The position numbers and the translations under genes are program-made. A stretch of 36,199 nt of DNA, taken from IMG/VR virus record IMGVR_UViG_3300029620_000021; one strand, given 5' to 3'. The notes under the pieces were generated by a model, which was not told the DNA's origin, made no database searches, and was given only the letters and a program-made list of their open reading frames with translations. The first letter of the stretch is position 1. Each line of letters starts with the position of its first letter. This stretch comes from a virus. This document shows positions 30,877-36,199 of this stretch, piece after piece.

Positions 30877-31235
30877 GGCGTCCCTCCAAATTTCTCTTGA
30901 TAGATTTTCTCTAATCGCTCTGTGCTTGCTGTTCTCAACCGATTCTTCCAATACCCGTTTTCCTGCCCCGGCCATTTTTCATCCGTAAAGTCTTCACAGC
31001 AGCCGTTTTTTTCATACCAGCGGTAGAGGCGTTCAAGCATTTTCTGCCGCATCGCGCCCTCTGGTGTATTCTGCCTGAAATGCTCCCATCCGTTTTCAGA
31101 CGTCGCAGCGCATATCCGCCTGCCGTCCGCTGTAAACAGGAACCCTTCAATTTCCGATACCGCCGTTCCGTACCGGAGATTAAATTCTCCATCAATGCCA
31201 TGCCCACGGAAGCGCTTATATACGATATATTCCAT
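30864..31235 (-). CDS. Hypothetical protein
   Basis: 123 aa from the ATG at 31235 (RBS GAGGAA overlapping the upstream stop). Confidence 0.6.
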   Translation of the reverse strand: MEYIVYKRFRGHGIDGEFNLRYGTAVSEIEGFLFTADGRRICAATSENGWEHFRQNTPEGAMRQKMLERLYRWYEKNGCCEDFTDEKWPGQENGYWKNRLRTASTERLEKIYQEKFGGTPCMQ

Positions 31236-31246
31236 ACGCTTATTCC

Positions 31247-32608
31247 TCATACGCAAAAGCCGGGCGCGAAGCCGATGGAATAGTACGCGAAGATGTAGTT
31301 GACTGTCCCGTCGGTGTTCTCAATCACGAAACCGTAGGATCTGCTCGCATACGGGGAACGGAGCCACAAACGAGCGGCGGTACTCGTGCCGTTGTGCTTG
31401 TACTTGATTTTGCTATTCCCGGCGGAATAATAGGTGTACTGTGCTTGCTTGCTCGCCTCGTTCGAGTTCGCTCTCGAAATGCTCCCGAAAACCTCGTACT
31501 CCGAGAGGAGGAAAAAGTAATCCGTCGTCGCCGTGACGTTGCTCGCCGCCGTACTTCCGCCGCCTGTGTTGTCCGTGTACTTGGTAACGGGCTTGAGGGC
31601 GGCACGGAGCGCCGCCGGAATGACTGCAATAATTGTCCCGGAATAGCTCGAGAGGCTCGTCCCGCAAATAGCGGTACGCATTTGCGAGCTTTTCCACCCG
31701 CCGGAGTTGGTGTTGCTCGCGTTCATAACGAAATAGCCCGCACCCGGGGACGACCATCCGCTATCCGGGCCATATTGATTATCGCAGAAACACACGTCCG
31801 TACCGCCGGAGAGCGCGGTCTTTGCAAGCTGAAAATGGATGCGGTTTGCGCCCTCGACGCTTGCGTTATGGTTGAACCCGATGATAAATGCGTATGTTGT
31901 GTAATTAGATAACGAGAGATGTCCCACTGTTCCGTTCAGCGTTACTTCCTTTCGGTCGCCGATACTCCAATAGTTCTCGCCCTGTCCAGCATCGGAAACG
32001 GACTTGATAACGCTCCACTCGTTATTGTTGAGCGTAGAGCTCACGAAAGAGAGCGTCAACGAGTAGGAGGTGGTGCTGGACACGACATTAACGGAGTCGC
32101 TTGTCGTTTGCCCGTTCTTTGTGGCGACGATTGTATATGTGCCGGTTTCCGTGACAGTGAATACAACTTCCCCAGTGCTGGTCTTTGTCTGAATTGTTGT
32201 GCCATCCTTTTGTAATGAAACAGACGCGCCAGAGTCTACTGTAACCGTAATAGTCGCAGAGAAGAATGTGAGTGACACCGCATAATTGTCCGTGATAGAT
32301 ATCGTTTTTGTATCAGATATTTGTCCGCCCAGCGTAGCAGATACGCTCCATGTACCGGCTTCCGGCACGATAAGCGTACACGTTCCATTAACAGATGTGC
32401 CACTCACAGACAGGCTTCCTTTTGTAGCAGTAACGGTTGCACCAGATTCCACAGTTACAATGATTTGCAGTTCTGTGCCGGTCTGAATGGCCTGAATGGC
32501 TGTCACAAATCCGTCCGGGTAGACTAGCGAATCCGATGTGCCGCCTTTCTCCCGGATAGCTGATGCAACCTTTGTCAGGTCGGTTGTGTTTGTCAAATAT
32601 TCAGCCAT
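31247..32608 (-). CDS. Tail fibre / receptor-binding protein (Ig-like repeats + DUF6273-like C-terminal domain)
   Basis: 453 aa. It has two ~65-aa beta-sandwich repeats (VTV(E/D)SGA(T/S)V...T(W/Y)...). The C-terminal 250 aa end in WLRSP...GFCV, which matches my recollection of DUF6273. Confidence 0.65.
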   Translation of the reverse strand: MAEYLTNTTDLTKVASAIREKGGTSDSLVYPDGFVTAIQAIQTGTELQIIVTVESGATVTATKGSLSVSGTSVNGTCTLIVPEAGTWSVSATLGGQISDTKTISITDNYAVSLTFFSATITVTVDSGASVSLQKDGTTIQTKTSTGEVVFTVTETGTYTIVATKNGQTTSDSVNVVSSTTSYSLTLSFVSSTLNNNEWSVIKSVSDAGQGENYWSIGDRKEVTLNGTVGHLSLSNYTTYAFIIGFNHNASVEGANRIHFQLAKTALSGGTDVCFCDNQYGPDSGWSSPGAGYFVMNASNTNSGGWKSSQMRTAICGTSLSSYSGTIIAVIPAALRAALKPVTKYTDNTGGGSTAASNVTATTDYFFLLSEYEVFGSISRANSNEASKQAQYTYYSAGNSKIKYKHNGTSTAARLWLRSPYASRSYGFVIENTDGTVNYIFAYYSIGFAPGFCV

Positions 32609-32991
32609 CAGAAGCTACCTCCATTCGCGTTTGCGATCTCTACAGCCGCCCATGCGCCGGAAACAACACGCAGGAATTTTCCATTGTCCGAAGCCTTGAC
32701 AGACGGCACTTCGCGAACCGTTACAGCTCCGGTTTTCCCATTCACGCTCGTCACGGGCGCTTCCGTTAGATAATCCGTGCCGGCAACCGCGGCGCTGACG
32801 CCTCCCGCGCCGTCACCCTTGAGGATGCCAGCGGCGGTGATCTTGTTCTGCTTTTCGATGACGTCGGCGAGCTGCAGCGCCATTTCGTCGAGCGTCGCGC
32901 CGGATGGGACGGCGACGCCGTTTTGCTGCAGGTAATTGCCGAGGGTGGTCTTGGCGCCCGCGAGGCGGTCGATCTGGCTCTGAACGCTCAT
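32608..32991 (-). CDS. Tail fibre module protein
   Basis: 127 aa from the ATG at 32991 (TGAGGAGG stop/RBS overlap). Its N-terminus is similar in pattern to the two neighbouring fibre genes. Confidence 0.6.
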   Translation of the reverse strand: MSVQSQIDRLAGAKTTLGNYLQQNGVAVPSGATLDEMALQLADVIEKQNKITAAGILKGDGAGGVSAAVAGTDYLTEAPVTSVNGKTGAVTVREVPSVKASDNGKFLRVVSGAWAAVEIANANGGSF

Positions 32992-33001
32992 GTCGGCCTC
33001 C

Positions 33002-33883
33002 TCAGATCGCGGCGAGGGCCGTTTCAATCGCGTCGGTCAGGCTGACCGTGCCGCCGGAGGTATAGCCCGCAGGGATGGAGGCGCTTGTCTGCGTGAGGCC
33101 GTCGATGGTCTTTGCGATCGCGCCGTTGTTGGCCATCGTGCCCTCGACCTTGCTGCCGTCGGCCAGCACGATAAACTTGCCGTCCAGCACGTCAGCAGCT
33201 CCGGCGGTCACACCGGAAACGTCCTTGTATTTGGTCGGAATCGCGTCGACCGTGACCTTGCCGAGAACTTTGCCCTTCGTGGGCGTGATGTCCTGCGCGG
33301 CCTCGGCAGGCGTGGCGGACTTGGTTTCCAGCACGACGGATACCTTGCCCGTGCCGGAGTGCTTGCCCGCCGGGACAGTGTACTCCTGGTTCCCGGTCGT
33401 GGCGTCCAGCACCTTAGATACTGCGCCGTTGTCCGGCATGGTGCCTGCTTGTGTTACGCCGTCGGCGTCGATAAAGACCTTATTCGCCAGCACGTCGCCG
33501 GGCGCGGCCGTTGTCGCGGACACGTCCTGATAGTTCTCCGGGATCGCGCCGACGGTGACGGCGGACAGGCCGTAGTAGCCCTGATCCGGGGCGACGGACT
33601 GCTGCTCTTTGGTCGGGGTGACGGATTTGGTCTGGAGGTTGTAGTTGCCGCCGCCGGAGACGCCCTTGACCGTGCCGGAGCCGTTGTGATAGCCCGCGGG
33701 GATGGTGTAGGACTCGCCCTCCTTGACGTTGGCGTCAACCGCGCCCTGATTTTTGATGGCTGCGGCCTTGTCGGCCAGCGCGTCGAGCTTGTCGGTGCTC
33801 GCGGCGAGGCCGAGGCCGACGAGCCAGGTGCGGATCTTGTTCCGCGCAGTCTGTAATCTGGTTACTTCTGTCTGTGTGCTCAT
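33002..33883 (-). CDS. Tail fibre protein with three ~90-aa internal repeats
   Basis: 293 aa. The unit (I/V)PAG(Y/K)(H/T)(N/S)G(S/T)G.V...TP...AIP..Y.DVS..TA...DVL..K.F....G....GTM.(D/N)NGA recurs three times. Confidence 0.7.
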   Translation of the reverse strand: MSTQTEVTRLQTARNKIRTWLVGLGLAASTDKLDALADKAAAIKNQGAVDANVKEGESYTIPAGYHNGSGTVKGVSGGGNYNLQTKSVTPTKEQQSVAPDQGYYGLSAVTVGAIPENYQDVSATTAAPGDVLANKVFIDADGVTQAGTMPDNGAVSKVLDATTGNQEYTVPAGKHSGTGKVSVVLETKSATPAEAAQDITPTKGKVLGKVTVDAIPTKYKDVSGVTAGAADVLDGKFIVLADGSKVEGTMANNGAIAKTIDGLTQTSASIPAGYTSGGTVSLTDAIETALAAI

Positions 33884-33895
33884 AAAATCACTCCT

Positions 33896-34537
33896 TTAGA
33901 TTGTCGCCAGCAGGGCGTTGATGTTGCCGACCTCGGTATAGACGGCGGCAGAGGTGACGGGCTTGGTGTTGTCCTTCTCCACGGCCTCCGCCGTGTCGAC
34001 GGACAGAGTATTGGTGGCCGCGTCGAGCTTGAGGCCGTCGCCGATGGTGTAGCCTCCGCCACCAGAGCCGCCGCCGGAGCTGCGGGCCTCGTTGATGGCG
34101 TCGACGAGGTTTCCCTTGTTGTAGGTCTTGAGGTCGTCCAGATCGCCGATCTGCTTCTGCAGCTGCGCCCAGACGGGCAGGGACGGGTCGGCCGAGGCGT
34201 CGCCGGACGGATCCGCGCCGGGCTGGACCTTGCCGAGGCTCACCCAGACGGTCGGCAGGACGACGCCGCTTTCGTCCGCGCCATAGACGCCCACGCGGGC
34301 GTGGCGGCCCGGGACGGCGAGAACTTCGTGCGGGACGGGAACGGTATCCCCGTCCCAGTTCGCCGCCAGAACGTCGACGGTGGTCTTGCCGTTCGAGAAG
34401 ACGGCGGTCTTCGTCAGCCCGTCCCAATCGTCAGAAAACACGAACTCAACGGTCACGGCCTTGGCCATGCCCGCCGTCAAAAGCTCCGGCGGCGACGCCA
34501 GATGCGCGCACGCGCGGGAGCAGTGGATGGTGATCAT
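33896..34537 (-). CDS. Baseplate/fibre protein with Gly-rich hinge
   Basis: 213 aa with a GGGSGGGG linker and a C-terminus LSVDTAEAVEKDNTKPVTSAAVYTEVGNINALL. Confidence 0.6.
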   Translation of the reverse strand: MITIHCSRACAHLASPPELLTAGMAKAVTVEFVFSDDWDGLTKTAVFSNGKTTVDVLAANWDGDTVPVPHEVLAVPGRHARVGVYGADESGVVLPTVWVSLGKVQPGADPSGDASADPSLPVWAQLQKQIGDLDDLKTYNKGNLVDAINEARSSGGGSGGGGYTIGDGLKLDAATNTLSVDTAEAVEKDNTKPVTSAAVYTEVGNINALLATI

Positions 34538-34595
34538 GCGTTATCAGCTCCTTCTTTGCCGCCCGAAAGGGCGGCTTTTTCTTTCCTATTGTGGT

Positions 34596-35081
34596 CTATC
34601 CGATCACGGTTCCATTGACCAGTAGCTTCCCGTTGCTGTTACAGGTCAGCGTTGCGTGTTTACTCGCGTTGTAGCATACGTAAAATCCATTCGCGCTCAT
34701 CCCGTTAAATGGGACGTTTGCCGCGCCTACACGTTCGTTCCCGTAAATCGGCAGCACGAAATTCTGGTTCACATAGATCCCGTAATCTCCTTTTTTGATT
34801 CGATCCTGTACTGCGCTTGTTGTCCCCCCGCTGCTCGGCGGGCCGACGACGTACTCGACGACGTAGCTGCCGGAGATGCGGGCGACTTTGACGCGGTCGC
34901 CCGCGGCGAATTTGACGGACGTGTTGCACCGGTAGTGCTTGGCCGTGGCTTCGGTCTGTCCCTCGAGGATGAGGGACAGGCCATCGTCATAGACCGCGCC
35001 GACGGTCGCCAGAAAGTTTTCCGGCAGGTTTTCGTCCGGGATCTCGATATTCGTCACAAACAGGCTGTTGATGCCTTCCAT
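34596..35081 (-). CDS. Baseplate-associated hypothetical protein
   Basis: 161 aa, starting at the stop of the Tal-like gene. Confidence 0.6.
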   Translation of the reverse strand: MEGINSLFVTNIEIPDENLPENFLATVGAVYDDGLSLILEGQTEATAKHYRCNTSVKFAAGDRVKVARISGSYVVEYVVGPPSSGGTTSAVQDRIKKGDYGIYVNQNFVLPIYGNERVGAANVPFNGMSANGFYVCYNASKHATLTCNSNGKLLVNGTVIG

Positions 35082-36127
35082 TATGCGATCACCGTCCTTT
35101 TCGCAGAGTGGGTCATGAGACTGCCGGGCTGCATGGTGACAGACCAGCCGGTCTCGAGATAGATGCCGCCGATCTCGTCATGCGTCAGGGCGAGGATGTC
35201 GCCGACGCCGTGGCCCGGCTCGGCCAGCGTATAAAATGTGATCGTGCGCGTGGCCAGCAGCGATTCGTTGCGGCGCTTGTTGGCGTAGGCCTGCAGATCC
35301 TCCTGCGAGGCGATGTTGTCCACCCGCTCGACGGAGGTGATGCGCATGCCGCGCTTGAAGGTGGATTTTTTGGATGCCGGATTGTCGTTGACGGCGGTCG
35401 CCACCATTGCTGCGTCCATATCCGGGTTGTTGCAGGTCACGACAAAAACGTTCGGTGCGTCAAAGATGTCTGTCTCGTCGGACCAGTCCTGCCCGGGGTG
35501 CTTTTCCGGGAGGAACAGGTCCGTCGTGCCGTAGCGCCAGTCGATGATGGCGGCGGATGGCTCCTGGTACGGCTCGAGACGGCAGACGCCGTCGGCGTCG
35601 AACCAGAGGTTCTCATAGTTGATCTCGGAGAGCAGGGCGTTGACGATCGTCAGGTAGCTCGTGCCGATCGGCCAATCCTCGCGGTCTGTGGCGAGGACTG
35701 CGTCGTTCGGCGCCGCGGTCACCAGCGTGATGCCGCAGGCGGTCAGGAGCTTTCGGATCTCCGTGAGGTAGGACGCTCCGGCCGCAAGATGCAGGAGCGT
35801 CTCTGTTTTTTGCGTGTACACCCGCCAGCAGCGGTCGTAAGCCTCGATCTCGACGCGCGTGCCGGAGCTGCTGCCCTTGTTGCTGACGGTCGCGGCCTGA
35901 TAGATGCCGAGCGATGTTTCGACGCCGTTGATGCTGATCCACGGGCGCAGCTCGTCGGACTCCAGCTCCGCGAGATCGTTTGGCAGGAAGCTGCCCTTGA
36001 AGGAGCCGTGCAGGGTGGCTGTCCGGTCGCACATGATCTGCGGGGCGCTGCCGGTGTCCCATTGGAGGTGGGTGATGGGCGCGCCGTTTCTGAGCACGTC
36101 GACGCGGAAGCGGACGTCACGGGTCAA
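35081..36127 (-). CDS. Tail-associated (Tal / baseplate hub N-terminal domain) protein
   Basis: 348 aa. Its start lies in the terminal duplicate (equivalent to nt 27) and overlaps the Dit-like stop by 11 nt once the contig is circularised. Position directly after Dit supports the call. Confidence 0.6.
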   Translation of the reverse strand: MTRDVRFRVDVLRNGAPITHLQWDTGSAPQIMCDRTATLHGSFKGSFLPNDLAELESDELRPWISINGVETSLGIYQAATVSNKGSSSGTRVEIEAYDRCWRVYTQKTETLLHLAAGASYLTEIRKLLTACGITLVTAAPNDAVLATDREDWPIGTSYLTIVNALLSEINYENLWFDADGVCRLEPYQEPSAAIIDWRYGTTDLFLPEKHPGQDWSDETDIFDAPNVFVVTCNNPDMDAAMVATAVNDNPASKKSTFKRGMRITSVERVDNIASQEDLQAYANKRRNESLLATRTITFYTLAEPGHGVGDILALTHDEIGGIYLETGWSVTMQPGSLMTHSAKRTVIA

Positions 36128-36199
36128 GGGTGATCGCCTCCTCTCGGTTCGTGTGCGAGATGGTGAAGGAATAGCGGCGCATGAACTCGTCGCAGTTGC
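36101..36199. repeat. Terminal direct repeat, copy 2 (circularisation overlap)
   Basis: Identical to nt 1-99. Confidence 0.95.

Larger units (their letters stand above)
1..36199. mobile_element. Complete temperate siphovirus-like phage genome, circularly closed contig (unique length 36,100 bp)
   Basis: Full packaging/head/tail/lysis/lysogeny/early gene set is present. Nt 1-99 equal nt 36101-36199, and ORFs continue seamlessly across the junction. Confidence 0.9.

Noticed and set aside
1-36199. Diversity-generating retroelement, retron or other RT-based system acting on the fibre genes.
   Set aside because: No reverse-transcriptase-like ORF is present in any frame, and I saw no template/variable repeat pair flanking the fibre C-termini.
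1-36199. tRNA/tmRNA genes in the intergenic regions (22023-22344, 23367-23532, 25605-25699, 15746-16092).
   Set aside because: I found no cloverleaf-compatible segment with a GTTCRANYC T-loop by eye. tRNAscan-SE would be the decisive check.

Overview
This window is a complete temperate siphovirus-type phage genome that assembled as a circle. Nt 1-99 are identical to nt 36101-36199, so the unique length is 36,100 bp. The DNA is visibly GC-rich, and Shine-Dalgarno sites and frequent GTG/TTG starts suggest a Firmicutes/Clostridia host (inference only).

Most genes are on the minus strand. In transcription order they are:
- Early/replication module (21483 down to 12867): many small Zn-ribbon proteins, a DUF1064-type protein, an orphan N6-adenine methyltransferase, an HUH rolling-circle Rep-like protein and a RinA/ArpU-like late activator.
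- Packaging: HNH endonuclease, TerS, TerL.
- HK97-type head: portal, ClpP-like protease, major capsid.
- Neck proteins, major tail protein, G/G-T chaperone with a -1 frameshift, and tape measure.
- Across the circular junction: Dit-like and Tal-like proteins, then a multi-gene fibre/receptor-binding module.
- Three membrane/holin-like proteins and an NlpC/P60-type endolysin.

The plus strand carries the lysogeny module: a CI-like repressor with a three-operator divergent switch, two membrane proteins, a membrane-anchored XRE protein and a large serine integrase with a candidate attP.

The most notable element is a type III toxin-antitoxin locus (ToxIN/AbiQ architecture) in the accessory slot between integrase/attP and the lysis cassette. 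It consists of a promoter, three tandem 37-nt RNA repeats, an intrinsic terminator and a ToxN-family ORF. Next to it is an uncharacterised three-gene operon, and the shared control region contains helically phased GGGACAT repeats.

Other points worth a second look:
- a perfect consensus promoter firing antisense inside the early operon;
- an embedded opposite-strand membrane gene;
- a duplicated and decayed early-gene region;
- a 347-nt hairpin-rich non-coding gap;
- an HTH reading frame with no canonical start codon.

All family assignments come from reading the translations by eye. No database search was run.
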